This document shows, one piece after another, positions 13,701 through 26,100 of a stretch of DNA of 64,000 bases. Source of the DNA: Phoronis australis (Eukaryota > Animalia > Phoronida); assembly GCA_002633005.1 (NCBI GenBank), contig NMRA01000615.1, positions 183,176 to 247,175 of the forward strand, given 5' to 3'. Position 1 is the stretch's first letter; each line of letters begins with the position of its first letter. The notes beneath the pieces were generated by a model, which worked only from the letters and a program-made list of their open reading frames with translations, made no database searches and was not told the DNA's origin. The position numbers were made by a program, and so were the translations under genes.

Positions 13701-15222
13701 ACAAATTTGGCTTCAAATCTAACCCATACTTTTATGACTCAAAAGCCACACTTTGCCTCTAAAAGCGTGACGTTGTTGCCACACAGAGAAATTAGTAGAC
13801 AACGACTGCATAGGCGTACTGCGGAAACATTTGATAATGGGGGGGGCTCCTGACTGAAAGGAACCCGGCCAATGAAATACTTGGCGGAAGCAATGACAAA
13901 ATGAGAACGAGCATAAGGAATATCGTGTAAACAAATTCACCGCTTCAAATCGATGTTCCGTGTCAATTTTAAATCAAATGTAGGTCTTTTATATTGTAAT
14001 TACGCATATACACACCAGGGGTCTCTGACTCAAGGCCTGTACTAAAAATTTTATCTTGCGCTCCCACTTACAGTGAATAAAGTAATACGAGTGCATCACT
14101 GTCTATAAATAATTTATAGACGTTTTCTCAATTACATGTACTAATAGTCATGTACGTGTTCCCAAAGACTTTCCACCTTTGCTGAAGTGAGATTTAAATA
14201 TATTACAGAAATAGTTATGTGGAACGCAAGGTCAAATTTCTGCCTTAAGTCTTAGTCATTTTTCTTGAAACAGATTCCAAATTTAGCTCATTAAGCTCAA
14301 TGAAATGGCAAGCCTTCGTGTAATTTAAGTCCCGCTAACAGACCAAGGCACCGAGGGGCGCTTTCACGAATTACTCAACACACGTCTCCAACCTTTGCAG
14401 AGGAGTCCGCCCATCCCTTTCTTGACCCGGGTCCGCTCGCATCGTTCCCTCTCGTACTGTCCTGACTAGAATCCTGCGGAGGGAGTGCAACTTGTTGCTG
14501 TTGTTGTTGCTGCTGCAGCTGCTGTTGTTGTTGCTGCTGCAGAGGTTGATGCTGCGGTGGCTGTTGTGTGCTGGCGTAAGGCGCCTGGACCGGCGGGGGC
14601 GGTGGCGCATATGTCGCAGGTGGTGGAGCCGAGATGGGTGGCAGGGACCCTCTCTGAAGATGAAGAGATTTGCATACGACGTCGGTACTCTGACTTTGAC
14701 TTCTCCTTAATTATTTAATTAGAATTAATCGCGTAAAACTAGGGGTTATACGAGTGAGCGAGCAAACAGGTATCGATGTACATGCAAGAGCACATTTAAC
14801 AGTACGAAGCAATTAAGTTGAGGGTCGATTCAAAACACTGCTTCGAGCAGATCTACTTTGGTAAACCTCTGAAGGCTCCAAATTGCGAACTCAGAGGCAA
14901 TTTTCTAATGATTCTATTTTGATGAATCGATACTGAGAAATATGATAACTCATTAAAAATCGAGGAAATTTGAAAAACTTAATCTTCCTGTAGGACAATC
15001 ACACAAATCGATATTCAGTATAAATACTACATAAAACTTAAGATAGGCTAACCCTAACAAACTCAAAAAGGTCGCATTGGCTGTGCCAACTGTCATTGCA
15101 TAATCGGTGTTGCCAGAAAGAACTCGTAGCGCCCCCATCGGACTTACGTTATACGGAGGTGGTTGACCCCAGGCTTCGTGCTCCTTTTCACTTGCGGTCG
15201 TTGTGGTGGCTGACTCCGCCAT
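10723..15222 (-). CDS. CD20/MS4A-like four-transmembrane protein, about 335 aa: exons 15222-15148, 14653-14393, 13511-13373, 12931-12713, 11036-10723
   Basis: MAESATTTTASEKEHEAWGQPPPYN|RGSLPPISAPPPATYAPPPPPVQAPY...polyQ...GWADSSAK|VCASLQMVCGILMLIFQIVAIVIDANLHEAGYGIWGGLFMLITGILG|IVAANKKSTSSIVGFMVLSIITAVLCLPVLILASIG...NGVMMI|ITLIEAIVAITSSALCCRAVCC...stop. Four hydrophobic segments, a GYGIWGG...ITG TM2 signature and an E-x-x-x-A...S..CC TM4 typical of CD20-family proteins. Exons total 1008 nt, all GT-AG and in phase. Confidence 0.82.
11238..11524. mobile_element. MITE of the same family as the 56192-58418 element (contains a 9-N gap)
   Basis: Ends CAGAGGCGGATCTAG...CTAAAATCCGCTTATG; both subterminal regions resemble the ends of 56192-58418 in reverse orientation; TSD ambiguous. 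Confidence 0.7.
14492..14539 (-). repeat. CAG/CAA repeat encoding polyglutamine in MS4A-like exon 2
   Basis: Reads QQQQQQQLQQQQQQQQ in the exon frame. Confidence 0.85.
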
Positions 15223-16094
15223 GACAGACTGAAATAAGACCAAGGTGATTTAGGGATAACGAACTGTTGGCGCATAATGGTTTTCAAAACTTTTTAGGTT
15301 ACTCCCTTGCTACAGATTACGATTCTGCAAAGCTGTCAGTCTATGATAGATAATTGGCCCTAGATGAGGCAGGGAGTCAAAACTCGGCATCGTCGTTGAA
15401 AATGTGATAATTGCAGAGGTGTTGTGTGACTTCGTCACGATGTCGAAGATTTTTATCACTGCCTTAAAAAGTATTGTTTGTTATCCGATTTGCGTAGAAA
15501 AGTATTTGTGGCTTCCATCGCGGCCACGTATTTTCCATAGCTTAGTGGCTAGAGTAAGGTGTCCTATCATAAACTTAAAATTGAATGTGACCGACACACA
15601 CAGACAGTTTCGCTTGATCTCCTTCTGCGTGAACAATATTGAGAACGAGTAATGTTTAGTGCCTGCAGTGTGTATTCTGTGTTTCTCCTTGTCTGTCCTT
15701 GGTGTTATCCTGGAAACATACATGTAAGAAATTGCTGTGACCTACCAGTGGTGAAAACGTTTCCAAATGTGTTAATATACGGTGCAGGTACAATGGCTGG
15801 GAACTAATCCTAATAATGAACTACAAAACTACATATCGTTTCCGTTCACGAATCCTCTCTCATGAAAGTTGTAATCTCTGCTATAGGTCTATGGCCTCGA
15901 GACATGATAGAAAACTATATCGGGACTCTCTTGCAAGAACACGACATGACGATTTGGAAGTTTGCCTACCAAGCGAACGATTTTTCGCATGGCATTACCC
16001 TAAAGCAATTCGTGGAGATTTCAACTATACTATCTACACTCACGTCGAAACGGTGACCTGGTGCAGCTTACTATCTGCGTGCGAGAGCCGTATT

Positions 16095-16173
16095 CATGGG
16101 CGGCGCACCATAGGGGGCTGGGGGGCTTTAGCCCCCCCACTCCCCCACATTTTTCAGTGCTGCGCCGCCCATG
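16095..16173. mobile_element. Short MITE, 5-bp TSD group
   Basis: TIR CATGGGCGGCGCA / TGCGCCGCCCATG; flanks GTATT/GGATT (1 mismatch); same family as 24987-25126. Confidence 0.8.
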
Positions 16174-16498
16174 GGATTATGCTAGTGTGGTGATCTAACC
16201 GCGTATACTATTAGAAATAAAAAACTTGTTGTCGTGGACATTATCAGCTCAACTTAGCCACGTACATGTATGATAGGTCACACACCATAAAATATAGTAA
16301 ACTAATCCCCCCATTCAAAATAAAAGCAAACACCTTGTCACTTATTCCATTCCAAGTACACTTGACAATATTTGTACATGTCCTCCGAATTCATGTTGAA
16401 GGTTGAACGTGCTGCTGAGGAAAGTTTCGAGTCCGACCGGCTTTTTTAAGATTATTCAACTTTAGTTAATATTTTTTGGTTTGGAAGGGAAAGCAACT

Positions 16499-16800
16499 TT
16501 AAAGCGACTTAAGTTATCGGCGATAACAGTGTCAATTTTCTGTTCTGGGTCTCAGAACAGTTTCGAACCGAAAACTTCGCGATCGTCCCCAGCTAGATTG
16601 CTCTATATAGGCCACAGAGTACTTCAAAGTCTCAGTGGCTTTGATTTCAGCGAATGTTTGGCAGACATCCCAACGAGGTTTGATCATTTGCGATTTGTAA
16701 AACACAAAAAACACCACGGGATTTTGTTGCTTTAAAGCTCTGGTCAAAGCTAGAAACTATACCTTCCAACACTTTATGACTGAACAAGTGTCCCTTTAAA
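16499..16800. mobile_element. Possible Kolobok-type MITE (TTAA target)
   Basis: Begins TTAAAGCGAC and ends GTGTCCCTTTAA; short, imperfect inverted termini. Confidence 0.4.
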
Positions 16801-19800
16801 ACAACTTTTGAGTTTCACTTCAAAATCTTTCAAATGTACATATATATATATATATACTCAGTCGGTATTTGCTGAAAATAAGAAATTTTGCTGGATATAG
16901 ATGGAACATTACAAAGCGGCAAATTTTTGTCAATGATGTGTGGCACCCATCAATGAGAGTATCAGTGAGTTTTGTTTTCAAACTAGCATGATAATGCATT
17001 TAGGGTTTACAAGCGGGTGAGAGTTAAAAACATGCAAGTCCTATTTTGATAGTTCCTCGATCAGGAAAAGTGAATGACAACCGTTGATTTAATAACACTA
17101 GACTTTGATGAACAGTGCTTAAACCATACCGTGTGAAAGTTTTATATAAAAACGATTGACGATTTCCGAGATATCATATGCTGAAGTTAGTCGAATGATG
17201 ACATTTTTTTTGGGTCTTTCTTGAGTTAACCATGCGTTACGAAATGTCTTGCTCACGCAGTTAAGGCGCAGAGACGCAAAACAACTGTGAATGCCCGGGA
17301 CGTACACGTAAATGCCTTATGTAACTCCCCACTATCATAATTTCTCGTCACTTCGTTTCAATGAAGATTCCAGTACATTTCGTGAAAATTTCGATAAGTT
17401 ATGCTCAGAGCACTATGCGCACTACATGTATATCCCCGCGTTTTAGTCAACCCCAGCAGCCATGTGTAATTTCTCGTTGACAGCTAAGCAATCATTCGCA
17501 TATCCGGGACAAAGGGATCGATAGAAATGTCCTCTTGCACTCTCGCACACCTGTGTACAGGTCTCTACTTACCTGTACGCACAGACCTGGACGACCAAGC
17601 GCTGTCGTGGTTTTATCACACGTTATTTGAAGTCACTCCAAGATGCGAATGAAGTAAGAACGTGAACGACACGCGAACCTCGTTCCGATTTATACAAATA
17701 CGTAAGCAGCTGGGTTGCGAGTAAATGGAATATACGTTCGTCATTCGTCTATTGATCAGATTGTTGGCACGAATCCATTTCAACTGTGTTTATTGTCGTT
17801 ACACGTATAGTGATGAATGACTGACCATCGACGCGTGGTGCTTTCATGCGACTGATTAATAGGTACGCTCCGAGGCGCAGTACCGTAATGGTGATAACTG
17901 AAAAGCGTACTTAGTTTTAGTTCAAAATTTTCACCAGCGTCGTATCTTTGGCGTTTACGTATGTGCTAATACGGAACTGAAGCCCGCATGGTCAGTTTAT
18001 GCCAAGCAGTCGTTGAATAACAAAATGGATCACACTAGTGTAGACCCAGCTGCTGTCGGTGATGTTGCGACAATTTTAATTGTTAAAATGTCTGCAACAA
18101 CCTGATAAAAGGGCGGGATCTGTGGCTCAGCATTTGTGCCCGAAGGGAATAACGTCTGGTGGCCGGCTTAGGGTTCTCTCGCCCGTTGGAGGTTGTGATG
18201 TGGCGAAATCCCCACCGGGAAATTCTTCATTTTTTCCATTGACATGTACCACAACAATAGTCATTTCTTGTCAGTACAGTTCAGTGCGGGTTCCACAGTG
18301 ATTAGAACCAGTTTGAAGCCCGTACCAGGCCTCATTCAGTAGAGACAACTGGTTCTAAAAATATGCCTATGACTTCTGGGAATAAGTCTCATAGGTGTAT
18401 TTTAATTAGTACACAACAGAGCCCTACAATCATGTAATAAGCGACTCATGCTCCACAGTCCCTCGGCAGAACCCAGGGCCATGCGCTAACGGGGTTGCCT
18501 TCTCAGTCGAGGCTTTAAGCGTGATCTTAGTGATATGGTCACGAACAGCGGTAAGGAAAAAAAACGAAACAAAAACTACACACGGAAGCTTAAACTTACC
18601 TTCACGATGTTTTTCAGCAAGGCTAATTAACACAGTTGGATTTTCGATTGGGTGACTGTATTGCGGTTTCGCAGGAGCCTAGACGGGAAAATGTCCAACC
18701 TCGGAGGAAATGGCTGATCCGGCGGTTTCACATGGAATATTCTTTAAGCACTATTTTCTAAGTTGGCTGTTGTTTTGGTTTGTGTAATGTGTCACTTTTT
18801 CATGAGGGGTTATAAGAATAGAACCGTTTCGGTGTGATTTTTTGAAAGATTCATTTCAAAACGAAATGATGTCAAACGGTAATGTTATTCACGTTCACCG
18901 CTATTTTTTACGAATGCAACTTTCTGATTTACAAAAAAATACTAAAAAGACATGGTCACGCGACCCCGTTCACGACCTGAAGTCAAAAATCCAGATTTAG
19001 TTGCACGCTGCATGCAGGGAGGATGTTCTCAAGTTCTGAACAGACAATATTCCGCCTACTTGCCGCCCCAGCCGAGGTTGGAGGAGGGGTGGGGCTGGGT
19101 AGGGGAGCCGGGTGCTGCAGGCTTATGCCGACTGTGCATATCAGAACTGTAGCCGATGGACTTGCAGTCTTCTTAGTTTTTGCTTTATGGCATTTGGGTT
19201 CTGACTACAGTTGTTCACATAGTTATTTATGTTCTTTTTATATATGTTATTCTACACCTTTCCGGATGTAAATAATTTTCTACACGTGAACATTTTGTCG
19301 GCGACCAGCACCAGTGCTAATGTTTCCTTATGTTGTATGTACTTACTTACATGCACTTGTCCAGTAAGTGCCAGGCACGCCGACAGGTAGCAGCACAGAC
19401 AGGGATCTGCCTATACGGCTTTCAGAACAACTATTCCACAACGACTTGGATAAGATCAAAATGTATGAGAAAATACAACTGGTGGGATATTGGGAAGTTT
19501 TGATTGACCAGGGACGCAAAAAGTTATGGCTAAAAGGCAGGACAACTGCCACGGGTGGGTGTAGGATTCCGCTGCAAGTCGGTGATCTGCAGAGCGCCGC
19601 CTAGCTCCGTTCGCAATACGCGTAATCGATTGACCGTACTGTGACCTACTTGAAATCCTTTAGGCTAAGCTTCGGAAGCGAAAGCCAATAAAATACCTAC
19701 ATGTACATGTAATATTTATTTTATTCACGCACCACGAGTGACTTGAGCTGGGGAGAAGAACGTTGTCTAACTAGCTGTTATAGAGTAGGCCGTCAGGATT

Positions 19801-20083
19801 TAAACCTGTGATTCGTCAGTTAACTAAAGATCGTGGCACTTCACTTGACAAGCAAGCTAATCTCTCAGGTAAGACAGGTACTACATAGGTACAGTTGTCC
19901 ACACAACACGATATTAAAACAGTTACTCAGCAAGCAGGCCGTGTGTGTAGATCTGCAACCCTCATTGGAGTGCCATTGGTGATCAAGTTAGACTTACATG
20001 TACCCTAGTGGATGACGTGTGAGCGACACGGAGATTCGAGCCACCTCGTCTACGTATAAGGTTAATTATATATCAACAGTTGA

Positions 20084-20213
20084 CAAGGGCGGATCCAAGT
20101 TTTTAAATTTGAGGGGAACAAGGATTTTTTAAGTCCATGTCAACAATTTTAAAATTTTAGATTTGATAACAATTAAAGGACTCCCTTGATCCCCCCCCCC
20201 GGATAGGCCTATG
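20084..20213. mobile_element. MITE with 5-bp TSD (hAT5-like)
   Basis: Ends CAAGGGCGGATCC...GGATAGGCCTATG; TSD GTTGA on both sides. Confidence 0.8.
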
Positions 20214-23159
20214 GTTGATGACGCCATGTACGGGCCCCGCGGCGAGTACACGTCATGCATGCGCTAGCAGGCATTGCAGATTGGTGCAGAAATTCTCTAT
20301 TTTGGTACATATGCTGATATAAGTCTGGTACTCGTCCTTCTTTTACATTCGTCGAATTGTTTACGGATACCAAATCCGATTCTAGACCACCTAATCCACT
20401 GGAAACACTTGGTGAAAATCAAAATTTCTGAGTCAGGATAAAGGGTTGAGCCACTTGGCATGGGGTGACTTAGGAAGGCTAAGTTCTTTTCTTGGTAGTT
20501 TTTTCTTATTGTTATAAAATGTGATTGGTTGATGACACTGTTACGTTTATCGTTGGGTAGCCAGAGTGGAAGGAACAACAATTATTCGAGTGATAATGAA
20601 ATACGTCTATTCCGTGATCGTGGTAATACAAGCAGTGAACGTACAACTACACACTGATGGTGAAACCGTCACGTGACTACATAACATAACACGTGTTCAC
20701 TGAAAATAGTACATGACGTAAACTAAATCATTCATACATCACAGACACCAGCAAGTTCGATTTAGAGTATTTTTCTATTATGAGTATTTTTCTATATATC
20801 TACGCTTCATGACTGATGCGCGATACAGAAAGCTGTAGGCAACCGTGACCTGATCTGTCCGGTGGCGGGGTCGGTACTGCTCAACTATCATCCACATGCA
20901 GACGAGTTGGGCCACTTGACAAACAATTCTCAACCACAACAAATGAAGATACAGAGAGAGTTTTGTAGGTTAATGGTCAGTCTACAATATCTTTGTAACA
21001 TCCGAACGCTTTACTCACAACAGAAATATCTGCCATGAACGAAAAAGTGGCTCAACTCACATTGGTCTCCCCTATGGTGACGGAAAACAAGGGGTCGCCA
21101 AGATGAGCACAAGTGTGGGCCCCATGTTCTAAGTCGGTAGCGGCCCTACAAAATGGTCTTAACCAGTCGGCAATTACCGTTGCATAGCATAGTTTGTTCA
21201 CCTGCGGTGGTGCATTGATTGTACCCATGATACAAGAATAAAGTCCTCTCTTATAAAACAAATTATTTGTTGGGCAAAAGCCGATTACCACGTTCCTATT
21301 TCGTAAACTTTGCGCGTTCTTTGGATGGCAACGTTGATATTGTGCGGTTCACACCCATTCAATTTTAAGCCCTTTTGAGAGTTGTACCACGGATGTCTTT
21401 GATGATGGGAAGTGATCTTCTTAGTTTACATGCATTTTAGAGTCAGAAAAGTACTGACTTTGGGAGTAAAATAGTTTCCAGATAAACACAAATAGCATTC
21501 CTGCGGATTGGGTGCAGGACAGCACCACCATTTTTACAGATCCCTTATCCAAATGGTTACATGCTCAAATTCCATTCCTTTTTACCGCAAATCTCCCTTT
21601 GTCCTTCTCGCCAGTGCTGTCTACTACACCACAAATAAGACTGTGAACGTACCTTTTCCTTCAGTCACTCAAAATCAGTGCAAGTAACTTCAACTTGTAA
21701 TCATCTTTAGAAATAGCAGGATGCCTAAATCGCTTTACAAAGGGGAGTGCGACTGTCTGTGGCTAACTCGATCGGGACTCAACTGCATGCGGACGTGCTA
21801 GATGAGATAAATACGTACTAGACTAAATAAAAAAAAAACTACAACAACGAATTTTCATATCTTAGAGCCACTGTAAAACATGTTCAAGGCCCGAGGTCAA
21901 ATCGAACTCGAAGTTATTTTTGTTCTTTTCTTAAGCTCTGCTTTTGTGGCAACTCTTAAGTGTCTATTATGCTATGCTCGAGTACTCAATGGCGTGCTTG
22001 GATATTACCTAATCCTAGTTTGCATTTGAAGACCCTGGCGAACATCGAGGCTAAAAGTTCGAGTCTGAAATATGGATTTTGTTTTGACTCGAAATCTCGA
22101 GATTTTATTGAAGGTTGTAGCTCGAATCTATGTATTGCAAGGTGCGCACGTAGACTAGGCACTATTGCGCATTAATCGTTACGTAATCCCATGCTAAAAG
22201 TCACTTAAATCTTCTGTTCGCACGAAAGAACCTGTACAGCGGAAAATGCCAAAATACTTTAAAGTTGGATTTCGTGTACACGGATTAGACCCTCCCATGG
22301 ACGGTCGAAATCCTCAACTTTCTTCACAAGCGTTGCCCATCCAAAGCATCGCGCTCTTCTTTGCAATGAACTGAATTGGTTACAATGAATCGCTTGACGG
22401 CCATGGTACATTGGCCACTGAAACTCAATTAACCCACCATGACCAGCTAACATTGGACCACTTCTCGGACTCAGTAACGACTTGCTATGTCTACTCAAGC
22501 CTAGAAATCATTTCTAACCTTAGAAAAGAACATAATATGGCAGATTTTATTACATTTTGTGGCCTGAATAAAATGTTACTTCTTGATAGAAAGTGCGCAG
22601 TTTACATAGTCTCCCTTAACCTATATGTACACAGTTTGCATTTCTTAACAATAGTAAGGTGGACATATGAGCACGACTGACGTATGGTTCAATTCTATAA
22701 CCAGTGATGCAATCGTTTCTCGGTGTGACAAACTTTCTATTGGCCTACTGATTCGAATCATTCTATAGCTTTATTCTAGCGTACTGTCGCTAGCTTTGTG
22801 TCTTGAGGCGGAAAATGGCTCCGCTACGTCACATTAGACGCGTGCCCCGTCTGTAAATAAGCATTCGGCTATTGCCACACGGGAATAGTTCACGTGGTAC
22901 TTAGTGAGTAACAAAGTTCGCTATCTTTTCGAATATTTTATTTTATTATAATTTACTTTACATGACTTGTACGCCACAATACCTATTTTGCATCATATCG
23001 CCGTTGAGAATGCTCAGGTAATCCCCATTGGCGCCGGTGCAGACTGAGCACTGTCAGTCAGATAGTTACTACTGGAACTCAATTATTAATAGAACACAGT
23101 TTTAAAGAGACCTTAAAACACACCTCTAATCCTTATCTTACTGCATTTTTGGAACAGTG

Positions 23160-26100
23160 ATGTATGAACCGTCAGCGAAGACGGAGCAGGGGGTCTCGCC
23201 CACAGTACAGGCAACCTGGGCCGAGCCGACGTCAGGTAGGGAACGCTCCATAGTCATGCATAATAAAAACTAATTTTAAAAAGAATATCTGAGATATACC
23301 CATAATTTTTTCTTAATTACATCTCTCTTAGTTGAATTTTCACCATTATTCGTCACTTATTTATTGTCTTAAAACTCAACCTGTTTTAATTGTGTCTTTG
23401 TTGCGTTTATTTATTGTTGTTTTATTACTTCATTGTATCATATTACTATTTTTTGTTGTTGAGGACCCTCTTGGAAAGCAGTGCTATCACTGAAAAGGAC
23501 ATTCTCATTTTAAATATCACAATAAATAAATAAATAAATAAATTATTTGAAGGCAGCGATGCGCTAATACTCACACGACTGAACTTTTATTTGAAAAGTA
23601 TGAAGTGATAACACAAAACAAAGTTTCTGTCTTAGTCTTAAGTCCCTTTTTACAGACCCCAGAGATTCTAGGTTTTGGTATGATATACAAATGTCTACTG
23701 CAGTGATGTACATTATTTTCTATCGGCTTTATGCGCCAAGAAATCTGAAAAAGTTCGGTTTCTCAACCAACTTCAATACCAACCTTTTCAGCAATAGACG
23801 GCAGCAGCGTTCTTTCGCATTAATTGTAAAGCACCGGATGCGTTTTTATATGGTTTCGACCCCTACAATGTATTGCAGGCCCGGCACCACTAAATCCTGG
23901 ACAGCACCCTGTTACAAGCCAGCCGCAACAGAACTGGTCCTATGCACAAGGTAGAGAAGTATATGTGGAACAGTTCTACCTTAAATTACCTTTCAGTACA
24001 TGGGAAGTTCATGAATGTTGTTGAACCTCATAAGACCTATTTGAAATCTGACAATAAAAAAAGGAAATTTGCTTCCCTCACACGTAACATGCTTCCTATG
24101 CAGTAATGTGAAACAGACGGTTACGCTGTTCAACGATTTCGAAAAAGCTAAGCTTTGCCAACAATTATAGAATGTGATAGTAGTCATTTGTAGGCATTGT
24201 TCGAAATTAGCGGGCGCAAAATGCGGCTGAAAATTTGGAATTTTCTCCTAAAAGTTTAACCCAGTCGTAAAGTATTTCTCTTACAAAATTTCGGTAAACC
24301 TACCCTAAAATTTGGGTGGAAACCTGATTCGTTTTTAGGTTGAAAATCTCAACCCCCAGCTCGTCGCCAACTGTTATACACAGTTTGCAGTTCCTTTAAC
24401 AACCCGTTACCAATACACGTCACTACTTTGACTACGTTTAACTCCCTAATTTGTTTTTCCACTAACTTGTGATGTCTTACGTGAGTCGACTTGCCGTTTC
24501 AGCAGCGCCAGGCTCTCAGGGCTACGCACCCCCGCCCGCATACCCCGGTGCACCCCCTCAAGGTTACGGAATACCGCCCGCACAACCAGGCATGACTCCT
24601 CAGGGATATGGTGTTTCGCCCGAACAATACGCTATAGCACACGCAGGTACAAGCGTCGATGAATTTAGCCTTGGTCAAAAGCTGTAAGAAGTAGACCTAC
24701 CCCCAGTGGGATGTAAAATAGAGCATTCATTCCTTTGCCGATACGTGTGATATATGGTATTCAGATTCAAGTTCACAATGACTAGCTTAGGGACACTCTC
24801 ATTCGATACAATATTCGGCATTTTCCGTGCGACGTTATACAGTATATGTAATATGTAGTAATGTATATGATAACGTCACCCGGAAATAGACGAACTTCGT
24901 ATCGAATGAGCATGCCAAAAGCAACCGCAACGCGTGAAGATTATTTATTGACATCATAGCTAATTTAGTGATTGAATTCTCATGTACATGGGCGGCGCAC
25001 CACAGGGGACTGGGGAGGGAGCTATAGCCCCCCACTTTTTTCAGTGCTACGCTATAAGCGATGCAGCACAGGGGCCTGAGGGGGCTTTAGCTCTCCCACA
25101 CTTTTTTGAGTGCTGCGCCGCCCATGATGTAACCTACTGCTTGATCAAAATCTTAATGTCGTTATATGTGACATGATTTGTGTCAGTTTCCCAGTTGATT
25201 CTCTCTTTTTAGGGGCAGCCCACCTTGGCGTCATGGCGCCCTCTGGCGCCGCCTTGCAAGCCCAAGCGTTTCAGATGCATGCAGGTAGAAAAGCTGATAA
25301 TACAGTTCATTGAAGAGATGAATTTAATTAAAATTCAGACTTCGTTATGGTTAGAAAACAGATTGTTCCAAAAACGTTTTCAAATATAACCTGTTTATGC
25401 GCCCTCATATTTATATGTAGGCGTATGATGCCGCCATCTCTGTCCATCCGGCGTCCGCTGCTTTATCTCCAAAACCCTTTGATGGATGTTCATGAAATTT
25501 TCCACATGTTTTCTTTCATAGATGGGAAGGCATGAGCGAACTATCGGACGGTTCTGACTAGCGGTTTACTCCTTAGTGCCAATTTTATTTTATTTTTTAC
25601 GTTCACCTCAATATCTTCCATAAAATTTGACTGATAGGCATATATAAGTGAGATGACGCTATCTTCCCGTTTTCGGATGAATTCGAGGTATGATTTTGCA
25701 CTACCTAGTGGCCATTTTTACTGTTTTCGAGTCTGTTTTTTTTTTGGCGTCCGCCCCTCTTTCAACCAAACCAATCTAAGGATGATTGTGAAAATTGGCA
25801 TCTACTGTGAAGAGTACGGGTCATGACGATCTTCCGATGACTTTGACTATTGAGGCAATTTTGTGTGTTACGCCCATGACAATATCCCCTACAGGATTTT
25901 TATTAAATTTAGCAAGTGTATTTCTATGAAGTTGACAGCGGACGACGACGTCTTTCAGACGGATCCCACGAACGGTGTGCCTCCTAGTGGCGATTTTATT
26001 TTTTCTGTTTTCCTATAGAGATGGCAACAGATGACGACCAGTTTTAGACCAATCCAACTACAGCTGTGCTCCCTAGGGTCTATTCTGATTTTTTACGTTT

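Noticed and set aside
14371-14718. Poly-Ala/Val, poly-Leu and Ser/Asn ORFs in the ORF track
   Set aside because: Alternative frames and the antisense strand of the polyQ exon.
21000-22500. Possible decayed LINE or other coding remnant between the MS4A-like and scramblase genes
   Set aside because: No recognisable RT or endonuclease motif could be read; would need tBLASTx.
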